From: Prorocentrum cordatum
Lineage: Eukaryota
Direction of reading: 5' to 3'
NCBI GenBank assembly: GCA_963575745.1
Contig: CAUYUJ010000281.1
Location: 558,001 to 622,000, forward strand
DNA length: 64,000 nt
The notes beneath the pieces were generated by a model. The model saw nothing but the letters and a program-made list of their open reading frames with translations, had not been told where the DNA came from and searched no databases. Positions 1-9,002 of the stretch are shown in pieces; position 1 is the stretch's first letter, and each line of letters begins with the position of its first letter. A program made the translations under genes and the position numbers.

Positions 1-50
1 GGGGGGGGGTCCGGGCAAATCCCCCGATTCCCCCGATTCCCCCGGGGGGG

Positions 51-1370
51 TCATCCGTTCCCGAAAATCCTGCAAGGACTCCTCCGGTGGCCTCGAAATG
101 GCCCCGGGACGCCAAACGAGCGCTCCAAGACGCCCAAGGTGGCCCAAAGACGGGCTACGAGGCCTCCTAGACGGCACAAGAGGTCCCCACGAGGCCCCAA
201 GAGGCATCCAAGATGCGTCCCAAGAGGGTCCCTAGACGCAACAATTTGCCCATTCCCTCCGTTAAACATACATTTTTCACAAATTCGCCTTCTGGGTTTT
301 CCGATGCTCCCAGACGGCCCAAGAGGCCCCCAAGACCGCCCCAAGACGGCCCAAAAAGCCTCCATCAAAGAGGGTCCCAAAATAGCCCAAGAGGGCCCCA
401 AGACGGGCCAACAGGCGTCCAAGACGGCCCAAGAAGTCTCCGAAAACGGCCCCAAGAGCGCTCCAGGAGCGCTCCGAGTGGCCTCCAAGAAAGCTCAATA
501 TGGTCCCAGACGGTCCACGAGCGATCAAAGACACCGAAGACGGCCTCCAGACGGCCCAAGATGCCCCCAAGACCCAAGAGGCATCCGAGATGCGCCCCAA
601 GAGGGCCTCTGGACGCAAAAAGTTGGCCCGTTCCCTTCGTAAAACGTGTATGTTTCACACATTCGCCTTTTGGGCTTTCCGACGCTCCCGGACGGCTTAA
701 GAGGCCCCCAAGACCGCACCAAGACGGTCCAAGAAGCCTCCAAAGAGGGCCCCAAGACAGCCCAAGAGGGCGCCAAGACGGCTCAAGAGGCGCCGAAAAC
801 GGCCCAAGAGAGCCCCGAAAACGGCCCCAAGAGCGCTCCAGGAGCGCTCCAAGTGGCTTCCCAGAGAGCGCAACATGGTCCCACACGGTCCAAGAGCGAT
901 CGAAGACACCCGAGATGGCCTCCAGCTGGCCCAAGACGCCCCCAAGGGGCCTCCAAGATGCGTCCCACGAGGGTCCCTAGACGCAAAAAATGGCTCCTTT
1001 CCTTCGTAAAACGTGCAGTTTTCGCAAATTCGCCTCGTGGGTTTTCCGACGCTCCAAGGCGGCCCAAGGCCCCGAAGACCGCCCCAAGACGGCCCAAGAG
1101 GCCCCCAAAACGGCCCCACGACGGCCCAAGATGGCCCCAAGACGGCCCAAGAGGCCCCCAAGACGGCCCAAGAAGGCCCCAAGACGGCGCCAAGAGGGGC
1201 CCAAGAGGGCAACCAACAATTCAAAGATCTAGCTTTCCGCCCCCACGAGCCCCAGGGGGCCCCAAGAGTGCCCCAAGAAGCCGCCAGAGGCCCCCAAGCG
1301 GCCGCCAAGACGCCCCAAGGAGCCCCCAAGAGGCCCCCAAGAGACCTCCAAAAGACCCCCAGACGCTTCC
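51..1370. repeat. Degenerate CCAAGA-rich tandem repeat, unit about 370-377 bp, about 3.5 copies
   Basis: The block AGATGCG(T/C)CCC..GAGGG..CT(A/G)GACGCAA..TTCC(C/T)TCG/CCGT..AAAC recurs near 210, 587 and 956; CGGCCCCAAGAGCGCTCCAGGAGCGCTCC recurs near 447 and 821. Confidence 0.8.
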
Positions 1371-2586
1371 GCATTGCGAGCCGTCAAGCCACCTGCAATG
1401 CACTCCGCGCATGCAGCCTTGCTGTTCCTCGCGACGTGCTCACAATCTTGCTCGGCGCTAATGTGCTGCTGCTACGCGAACTGTTTCGTGCGCGCTGCGA
1501 ACGTCAACAGCCTCTTCACCCGTTTCGACTCATCTGCCACATCTTTCGCGGTGATGCTTCGCTGATCGCAGTTTCTGCACGCTACTCTTGCTCCTTTCGT
1601 CTTCCGGTGCTCCTCCACTTGGTTGAGGGTCGAAAGGCCGACCTCCCAAAAGGACACCCCGCACCCGGGTGCACAGCACGCAAGGCGCTCGCAAACCACG
1701 CCCCAGACCACCGGCATCACGCAAACATTTGGACCCCCTACGTATCTGCCACCACCCGCGCGCGACACCGCACCCTCACACAAGACGCCGCTGACCAGAA
1801 ACTCCTGGCCTCGCAACAGTCACAGAAGAGGTCGGCGGATGTGTCGGAAGTCTGTAGAATCATCCACTGGAGGCCCGACAGGGAGGACAACGATCGAGCC
1901 TGCCAATGAACATCCTTACAGTAGGCCTGAACGCATCCAGCATATTAGACGCACGCGCATCTCCGCATCATGAAAGCACGGGCTCAGACGGTAAACCACG
2001 TCAGCCGCGAGATACAAGCCTCTCGGGAGGCGATGCGGGGGGCAAAGTGAGCGGTACCCACTCTTGACGAACGAGGGGGAGGAGGAGGGGGATGAGGAGG
2101 AGGAGGAGGAGGAGGAGGAGGAGGACGAGGAGGAGGAGGAGGAGCAGGAGGCAGGAGGGAGGGGAGGAGGAGGAGGAGGAGGAGAGGAGGAGGAGGAGGA
2201 GAGGAGGAGGGAGAGGAGGAGGGGAGGAGGAGGAGGAGGAGGAGGAGGAGGAGAGGAGCAGGAGGCAGGAGGAGGAGGTCGTCGTCGAGCGACGGCATGG
2301 CCGAGCCCGGCGTGCCCGGAACTCTCTGTAAGGGCGGTCTGGGTGGCTCGCGGGCACCGCGCCCGTCAGCAGCCGCCCCAAACACCCCGACAACAAAAGG
2401 CACGCAAGGGGATGGGGGAGGAGGAGGAGGAGGGGGGAGGAGGAAGGAGGAGGGGGAGGAGGAGAGAGAGGAGGAGGAGGAGGAGGAGGAGGGAGGAGGA
2501 GGAGAGGAGGAGGAGAGGAGACGGAGGAGGGAGGAGGAGGAGGCGGGGGGCAGGCTGGGCGAGGGGGGCCGCGTGCGAGCCCTGCC

Positions 2587-2720
2587 CCTGGCCATCGCTC
2601 GGACGTCCATTCCCTGTGCCTTTGTTCGGTTTCGTGCGCGGCTTCTTCGCCAAGTGATCAAGAATGCTCCTCGATGGTCCTCGCCGAAGGAAAAATGCAC
2701 ACGTCCGAGCGATGCCAAGG
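2587..2720. mobile_element. MITE with CC..GG ends and 2-bp TSD (CMC/EnSpm-like), copy 1
   Basis: TIR CCTGGCCATCGCTCGGACGT / ACGTCCGAGCGATGCCAAGG; flanked by CC on both sides; a similar copy lies at 15219-15360. Confidence 0.7.
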
Positions 2721-3368
2721 CCCCTTCCCCCCTCGGGGTAGGGGGAGGGTTCGCATGTGGCCCCCCTATGGGCGAGGAGGCCGAATCAAGCCTGCCTCGC
2801 TCTCTCCGTCTCGCGAGCGGCCAGAACACTGGGAATGATGTCAGGAAATGATTGGCTCGTGATGAATTGCGGGATTCCCAGGATCCCAAGCGGCCCTCGT
2901 TTCTGCAGCCTGGGGGCCATCAGGACATGTGGGAAATCCTGAAAATCTTGGAACGTATCGTTATCATGACCTCTTGCTCATCCTCTGAGGAGGAAGATGA
3001 GGATGATGGTGATGGTGATGGTGATGGTGATGGTGATGGTGATGATGATGATGATGATGAGGAGGAGGAGGAGGAGGAGGAGGAGGAGGATGATGAGGAG
3101 GAGGAGGAGGAGAAGGAGGAGGAGGAGCGCAAAGTCGCAGGCAGACATCGTCTGGGGGGGATCGCGCCGCGCTGTGCGGCTCTCGCACGGTCGCTGAGCC
3201 CGCGGCGCGCGGGCCGCGCTCTCGGCAACGCGCCGGGCGCGAGCTTCCACAGACACACACGATCCTGCTACAGGCATCGCAGGGCAAGTCTGACGAGGGG
3301 TAACGACGAGGTGCAGTAGACACACACGCACACACGATCCTGCTACAGACGACGACGACGACGACGAC

Positions 3369-3412
3369 GAGGAGGAGGAGGAGGAGGAGGAGGAGGAGGA
3401 GGAAGAGGACGA
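3369..3412. repeat. Left copy of the 44-bp target-site duplication of the LINE
   Basis: (GAG)11-GAAGAGGACGA, identical to 8959-9002. Confidence 0.8.
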
Positions 3413-3638
3413 GGAGGAGGAGGAGCAAAGCAAAGCAAAGAACTATCGGACCCAATGTCTCTCCCTTGCAGCTTGGAGCAACTGAAATGGATCTAAGTGA
3501 CTGCGGTGAGTCAGACTTCCAATCGGAGGAGCCCTGTCGGCGGGGAACGCTCAAGCCTGACGACGGCCCCAAAGGAGGAGAATCCCGTGGGCGTCGTATG
3601 GCACCACCCCCCGAATTACAGGAAAACCCCGTCGGACA

Positions 3639-6600
3639 CTAGGCAGGACCCCGTGGTCCCACCCCTCTCGCTCTACGGCTCGCGGGCTTCGCACGAGCCC
3701 GGGCAATGAAAACAGTTCTATCGTCCTGGACGCTTCCCCTCAAAACAAAGCGATTCTCGGCCGCCCCAGCAGCCACAGAGATCCCAGGAGCACCAGGCCC
3801 CTGGCTCGGAGGTCCCGAGGCAGGGGAGGGAAGCAGTCCACGACTTTGCAATTCAAGGAACCGTTCACTAGCACGGAAACGCTCACTACCACGGAACGCA
3901 GGCGGAGGGGGGACGGGAGGCCGAGATCGAGCAGGAGGAGGTCGAGGGGCCACGGAGCGACCGAGGGCCGAGGCCGAGGACCCAGGACGGACCCCGAGAG
4001 GAAAACTAGAGTCTTGAATTCGAGGCTCAGATCTGGATGGAATCAGAGGAGCAGGCAGCCTAGCCGTAGGAGCCGTCGCGCCTGTCGGTAACGTCAAAGC
4101 CCCAGCAGAAGTAGGTAAGGCGGACGATCCACTCCCCGTACTGGTCCCCATACTCGGCCGAGTATCAGTATGCAGATTACCACCCATCAGAAGAAATGCT
4201 GACGACGGACGACCCCCATCAGAAACACCCACTCCAGCTTCAGGACACTGGGTCACAGCAGCAGGTACAAAACTCTGAATACCGTCACTCATCAGCGGCA
4301 ACGAACTAGGACCACCAGCAGTATCAGGATGCATAGACAGTTGGGCATCACCAACCCGCACATCAGAAGCACTCAGCCCACTAGCAGCACGCAGACTTAC
4401 TGCTTCCCCTCCAGCTGATCCAGAAGGCGTTGGGCATCCCGCTCCAGGGCGCCCTTGGGCGCCGCCCCATACTTCCTGGCGCCGCCGATGGATTGGAAGT
4501 ACTTCACCAGGGCGCCCTCGAGATACTGATGGCTGTGATCCACCGCGAACGTCACCCGCGCCATGGCCTTCTGGTTGTCTTGCTTGCGAGTCGGCCGCAC
4601 CCTGCACGCCCTCACTGACGTCGCCACCTGATCGATACTGTTCTTCATGATGAAGTCGTTCCAATACTGCTCCAGCGACTTGCCGATGTCGGGCGGAGGG
4701 CCGGCCTGACCGATGGCGCGCAAAAGGGCGACCCAAACATGAACGAAAGGAGGACCCATGGGGTCCTGCACATTGTCTGCCTTCCTCCGCTTCACCTCTT
4801 GATGATAAGCAACGCCTGCGGCCTTGGCGGCCTTGATAACTGCATGCTCGGCGCCCACCAAGAAAGTAACGAAAACGACGCCGCACAGCTCTCGAAGTTC
4901 TGCAGCGCTGCTGAGGGACAACCGCGCCAGGATGGCCACCAGGGCCTTGAGAACACCGCCGCCTTTGCCTCCTCCCTCCTTCTTGGCCTCCTCTACGACC
5001 TCCACGAGCGCCCGCCGCTTGCGACTGCCTGGGACTTCCTCGGCGGCGGCAGCGGGCTGAGCCAGCATCCACGACGGAGTCGCGTCCATCATCTGGCGGT
5101 GGGAGAGGAAGAGGGTCAAGGTGTGATCTGAGATGCACCTGCAATTCAGACAAAACGCCTGCAGAGAACTCGCACATAGGACACTTAAGAGAAGCTGGGC
5201 TCCGAATCTCAGCCAAATTACGAGTGCAATTCCGAGGACACCTACCTTTGACCATACTGCGAGACAAGTGACGTCGGGCACTCTCGAGATGGGCGAAGGT
5301 GGCAGGGCACGCGCAGCACTGGTTAGTCACGGTCACGACATTAGCTAAGGCCCGAAACCCATGATGGGAAATAAGATGGTTATGTAGAGCACGTCTATCT
5401 GGTAAGGCCCGCCCACATACCTCCCCTTTCTCATCCTTAATCATGCAAGTAAACATAGCATCAACATCGACCCCGTCCCCCGCGACTGTACCAGTAGTGA
5501 TCGACGTCCCAGGAGGAGGAATATTCACTGACAAAGCAGCGGCACGTAACTGACGCACATCAATACTATAAAAAACCTCAGCCCAATCAGGATCAGCAAA
5601 CAATAAGAAATACCTCCCGTCAAGCTGTTCCAGGAGAGAAGCCCCTTCATCGATGACATATAGGCTATCAATATCTGCGCACATGCGCTGAGTCCACGGA
5701 GACACCACCCCCTCCAGCCTTCCCCTCGTATCAACGTGATAATGATCACTGCCGAAGGCTCCAAACAGACACGCCAGAAGTTGACGATGGGCCCCAGGGA
5801 CTTTTGAAACACTCTGCCAAAGTCGAAGACGACGAATTCTGATTTCCAGATCAAGGGGTACAAGCCGCCACCATCGGAGGACAGCAGCAGAGGAGAGACT
5901 TTTAGGGTGAACGCCAGAGGTCCAATCTACAGCTTGACCGAGCATCGCCTTCCGAGCATACTGGGCTACAACATGCTGCAGACGCTGGACTTGTTGCACA
6001 CTCGGGAGAAACGCCTCGACCCCAGAGAGAGCCACATTATATATTTTTGAGATCAATAAACAGCGTCGAAGTCGGTGCGGGACGCCCCGAAGAGTCCAGA
6101 ACCCACCCATCTGATACCAGGCCTGCCGAACCGCGCTGATACGAGACTTAAGTTCAAACTCGTAGCTAGTCGGTACCGAAGACATCCAGGATCCCAGACT
6201 CTTAGCACATTGGACAGGCTTCCCAGGAAATACAAGACGTCCCGCCCGAACATCACGAAGACAAGTAGCCGCCCCAGGCCCCTGAACGTGCAACAATGTG
6301 TCCTGCTTGGTTAGATTCTGCGCAAAGCCAACCTCGGCAAGAAGCTCGTCTAGGCACTGATTGGACAGCCGGCTTAAAGTGGCCAACTCGTGCGGCTCAG
6401 CACCTCGCGGAAGCACAAGCTTCTTGGTGAGATCGTCAGCATACTTCGTAAGCGAGCAGTTAACAGGTTCACGTTCATACTCAAGCCGGCCATCTCGAAA
6501 AAGTGGGAGCCGAGCACAGAGAACAGAGGCCTGGGGGTCAAACGCGGCGTGGGAGGCCAGCCACTTCTGCACAGGCGGGACGAAGGTGCGCAAAAACGTA

Positions 6601-8891
6601 TTGACTGCAAACTCATCCCCCATCAATCCTCCACTCCGCGGTGCAATGTTGACATCCTCCTCATGCCCCCTCAACGTGATGACAGCACTCCTAAGACGCT
6701 GAAGGCCGAACCGCACAGACGATCCCAAAAATAAATCTCGAATTGCAGACTCCATTGGCGGTCGTGCACTGCTGGCGAAAGCATTCGTCAAATCGTGGGC
6801 GTTAGTCAAAAAGGTGTATCCATGACGATGTAGCCACTCCCCAGTGATACCCTGAACCATGAGCGCACATTCACGACGTCGGTGCCTCAGAAACCCATGA
6901 TCCTGGTCAGTACCCTGCAGCTGGCCACGCTGGGCCATCACCCCCGACGTCCAGGCCTTCCCAAAGGGGTCCAGGAGGTGGATCCAGCGAGTTTTTCCAT
7001 CGGGCCGCGGAAGAGGAGCACCCCGACTACGATTCCAGAAGATCGGAATTTGCCCACAGCATCGAATCCGAGCAAGTCCCCAGACGACCAAGTCTCTGAA
7101 GTTCTCCAAAGAGTGCGGGCATGCAACGGCACCCACTCCAGTTGGCAGCTGGCTCAGGTTCTTCTTCGGAAAAAGCGACAGCCACCACAGCTCTAAAGGA
7201 GGAGACCACTCTGGGGCAGCTCGACGCTTGCCAGCACGCGTCAAGCGAGACATAATAGCATGCAGATCTCGACGGGCAGCTCGAAAGTCCTCTTCAGATG
7301 GCTGCACTCTGGGAGGAGCCCGAGAAATCCACTCAGACCGCCAATCATGCCAGTTATCAACAGATACCGCCGCCATGCCTCCAAGAGGCCCAGGCTGAGC
7401 AAACAGGCGCTTAAGGTCAGCAGCGTCATCAACCGTCCCTCGAATCGTCGCGTAATCGCGCTTCTTCGGACCGAATCTCGAACATGCCGCTCGCCTGGCC
7501 AATCGGGTCGCTTCAGCTAAACGACGGTGCTTCCAATGTTCTCTCACCTCCTCCAACAGCGCCTCCCTCCACTCCTCCAAAGCACGCCTACGAAACAGTC
7601 TGTGCAGTCGTGACACATCTCTGAGACGATGCTGAACTTGCACAACGTGCTCTTCGGCGACCTCTGGAAGCATAAGCCTAAGTTGTCTACGCTGCTCCAG
7701 CAGCTGTTCTCGCTCAAGTCTATAGGCTTTTTGCTGTATACTCTCAGGATTGCCGAAAACCTCCTGGCCAACCTCAATCAGTACAGTATTAATCTGTTCA
7801 AAGAAATCATCAGCCGTAGACTTGTCCAACAAAGCAGTTAAAACATTCTCATCAGCCTCCAGCCTGCGGTGTAAAGCCTGCACAAATTCAGCACGCCGTT
7901 CGCCACGACGCAGACACCGCATGAGCAGATCACGATCCCAAACATGAGGTTTAGCACGAGGGGTGAAGGTAGAATACGGGGGCGCATATGTAGTCTTAAT
8001 CATAATGAGGAGGTGGTCAGCAGGTTTCGCAGAGGGGATAATTTGCAGCTCACGACTGACACGTCGAAGTGGACTGCTGTGCGACATCTGATCAACAAGC
8101 GGGCGCGGTAGACACAAAGAATCAATCGTGCTCGTCCCTCCTGTGTTGCCGTAGAAGGTCGGCACTCGCTCCCGCGCACAGTTAGCAGCACACAAATCGT
8201 GATTCGCTAGTACCTCCCCCACCGCAATCCCCGCATAGTGTGCCTGACTGGCCGTGGACGACGGAACGACATATTTCTCGTCATAAGCCCACCCTCGCCC
8301 AGCAACATGCACCAGTCCCAGCCCGTCATTCAAATCCATACCCACGACGGGAGTAGACCGAGCAGGGAGGGCACATAATTGTTCGGCTAGCCACGAAGTC
8401 AGTTTATCACAGGTACGCTGATACCCACTCATCACCGCAAGATCCCTAGGTCGAGGAGGATAGTACAACGCAATACAGGCCAGGTCCCAGGAACCATTTT
8501 TTACTCGAACAAGCAGCCCGCGTCCGTGGAGTTCTGGTGGGGGGACAGCCACTCGAACGATGTGTGCCTCCGAGAACCTTCGACCCAGGACGACCGAGCA
8601 TCCACACGAGTTGGTGACAAGTGGGCCCACGCGATACCCTGCTTCAATGACGACACGAGAACGATGCAAAGCTGGCATGTACACCTGTCGGCGCCTCACG
8701 GGGACGCCTGCCGCAGCCTTCACCTTCGTGCCGACGAGGGTCAGCACGTCAAACGATGAGGTCCTGCGGCAGATCTCCTCCATTCGATCCTCACTGTTCG
8801 CCCGCAACGGGTTGTAGCTGCCAGCGACCAAGGGGAACATGAGAAAGGGCAGCCAGCAGCCCCTCACACAGTGGACAAGAAGAGAAAACAT
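3639..8891 (-). CDS. LINE polyprotein: apurinic-like endonuclease, reverse transcriptase, C2H2 zinc fingers and a low-complexity tail (1750 aa from the first ATG inside the element)
   Basis: APE motifs SYN, LYYPP, GMDLN, PTFY, TIDS, ADH (about 7990-8830); RT motifs HDLTNAF, GGLMGD, YADD (6432-6443), KSLG; zinc fingers C..C GRALPDRRALHNHLISHH and CPMC..LQVHLRSH (about 5120-5450). The track start at 9068 lies outside the element. Confidence 0.9.
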   Translation of the reverse strand: MFSLLVHCVRGCWLPFLMFPLVAGSYNPLRANSEDRMEEICRRTSSFDVLTLVGTKVKAAAGVPVRRRQVYMPALHRSRVVIEAGYRVGPLVTNSCGCSVVLGRRFSEAHIVRVAVPPPELHGRGLLVRVKNGSWDLACIALYYPPRPRDLAVMSGYQRTCDKLTSWLAEQLCALPARSTPVVGMDLNDGLGLVHVAGRGWAYDEKYVVPSSTASQAHYAGIAVGEVLANHDLCAANCARERVPTFYGNTGGTSTIDSLCLPRPLVDQMSHSSPLRRVSRELQIIPSAKPADHLLIMIKTTYAPPYSTFTPRAKPHVWDRDLLMRCLRRGERRAEFVQALHRRLEADENVLTALLDKSTADDFFEQINTVLIEVGQEVFGNPESIQQKAYRLEREQLLEQRRQLRLMLPEVAEEHVVQVQHRLRDVSRLHRLFRRRALEEWREALLEEVREHWKHRRLAEATRLARRAACSRFGPKKRDYATIRGTVDDAADLKRLFAQPGPLGGMAAVSVDNWHDWRSEWISRAPPRVQPSEEDFRAARRDLHAIMSRLTRAGKRRAAPEWSPPLELWWLSLFPKKNLSQLPTGVGAVACPHSLENFRDLVVWGLARIRCCGQIPIFWNRSRGAPLPRPDGKTRWIHLLDPFGKAWTSGVMAQRGQLQGTDQDHGFLRHRRRECALMVQGITGEWLHRHGYTFLTNAHDLTNAFASSARPPMESAIRDLFLGSSVRFGLQRLRSAVITLRGHEEDVNIAPRSGGLMGDEFAVNTFLRTFVPPVQKWLASHAAFDPQASVLCARLPLFRDGRLEYEREPVNCSLTKYADDLTKKLVLPRGAEPHELATLSRLSNQCLDELLAEVGFAQNLTKQDTLLHVQGPGAATCLRDVRAGRLVFPGKPVQCAKSLGSWMSSVPTSYEFELKSRISAVRQAWYQMGGFWTLRGVPHRLRRCLLISKIYNVALSGVEAFLPSVQQVQRLQHVVAQYARKAMLGQAVDWTSGVHPKSLSSAAVLRWWRLVPLDLEIRIRRLRLWQSVSKVPGAHRQLLACLFGAFGSDHYHVDTRGRLEGVVSPWTQRMCADIDSLYVIDEGASLLEQLDGRYFLLFADPDWAEVFYSIDVRQLRAAALSVNIPPPGTSITTGTVAGDGVDVDAMFTCMIKDEKGEVCGRALPDRRALHNHLISHHGFRALANVVTVTNQCCACPATFAHLESARRHLSRSMVKGRCPRNCTRNLAEIRSPASLKCPMCEFSAGVLSELQVHLRSHLDPLPLPPPDDGRDSVVDAGSARCRRRGSPRQSQAAGARGGRRGGQEGGRRQRRRCSQGPGGHPGAVVPQQRCRTSRAVRRRFRYFLGGRRACSYQGRQGRRRCLSSRGEAEEGRQCAGPHGSSFRSCLGRPFARHRSGRPSARHRQVAGAVLERLHHEEQYRSGGDVSEGVQGAADSQARQPEGHGAGDVRGGSQPSVSRGRPGEVLPIHRRRQEVWGGAQGRPGAGCPTPSGSAGGEAVSLRAASGLSASDVRVGDAQLSMHPDTAGGPSSLPLMSDGIQSFVPAAVTQCPEAGVGVSDGGRPSSAFLLMGGNLHTDTRPSMGTSTGSGSSALPTSAGALTLPTGATAPTARLPAPLIPSRSEPRIQDSSFPLGVRPGSSASALGRSVAPRPPPARSRPPVPPPPAFRGSERFRASERFLELQSRGLLPSPASGPPSQGPGAPGISVAAGAAENRFVLRGSVQDDRTVFIARARAKPASRRARGVGPRGPA
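4397..5092 (-). CDS. Nested second ORF of the LINE, 231 aa, unknown function, in a different frame inside the pol ORF
   Basis: Starts ATGATG right after the last zinc finger; codons end mostly in G/C; reads as a globular protein (LKALVAILARLSL..., MGPPFVHVWVALL..., GAAPKGALERDAQRLL), whereas the overlapping pol frame is Arg/Gly-rich shadow sequence. Confidence 0.75.
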   Translation of the reverse strand: MMDATPSWMLAQPAAAAEEVPGSRKRRALVEVVEEAKKEGGGKGGGVLKALVAILARLSLSSAAELRELCGVVFVTFLVGAEHAVIKAAKAAGVAYHQEVKRRKADNVQDPMGPPFVHVWVALLRAIGQAGPPPDIGKSLEQYWNDFIMKNSIDQVATSVRACRVRPTRKQDNQKAMARVTFAVDHSHQYLEGALVKYFQSIGGARKYGAAPKGALERDAQRLLDQLEGKQ

Positions 8892-8958
8892 GAATGTGGC
8901 GTGGGCTACGTTATACTGAATACGCCCCTGTGACGTTGGGTCGGAGCCGAGGGGGCTG
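8892..8958 (-). ncRNA. Candidate structured 5' leader of the LINE (possible HDV-like ribozyme or Ingi/L1Tc-like signature)
   Basis: CAGCCCCCTCGGCTCCGACCCAACGTCACAGGGGCGTATTCAGTATAACGTAGCCCACGCC: possible pairings CCCCT/AGGGG, GAC/GTC around CCAAC, CGT/ACG and GGC/GCC; several stems are short. Confidence 0.3.
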
Positions 8959-9002
8959 GAGGAGGAGGAGGAGGAGGAGGAGGAGGAGGAGGAAGAGGAC
9001 GA
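8959..9002. repeat. Right copy of the 44-bp target-site duplication of the LINE
   Basis: (GAG)11-GAAGAGGACGA, identical to 3369-3412. Confidence 0.8.

Larger units (their letters stand above)
3413..8958 (-). mobile_element. Apparently full-length non-LTR retrotransposon (APE-RT-C2H2 type) inserted in a (GAG)n microsatellite
   Basis: Uninterrupted pol-like ORF; 3' tail (CTTTG)3 followed by CTC repeats at 3413-3440; exact 44-bp flanking direct repeat; about 200 nt of 3' UTR with hairpins. Confidence 0.9.
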
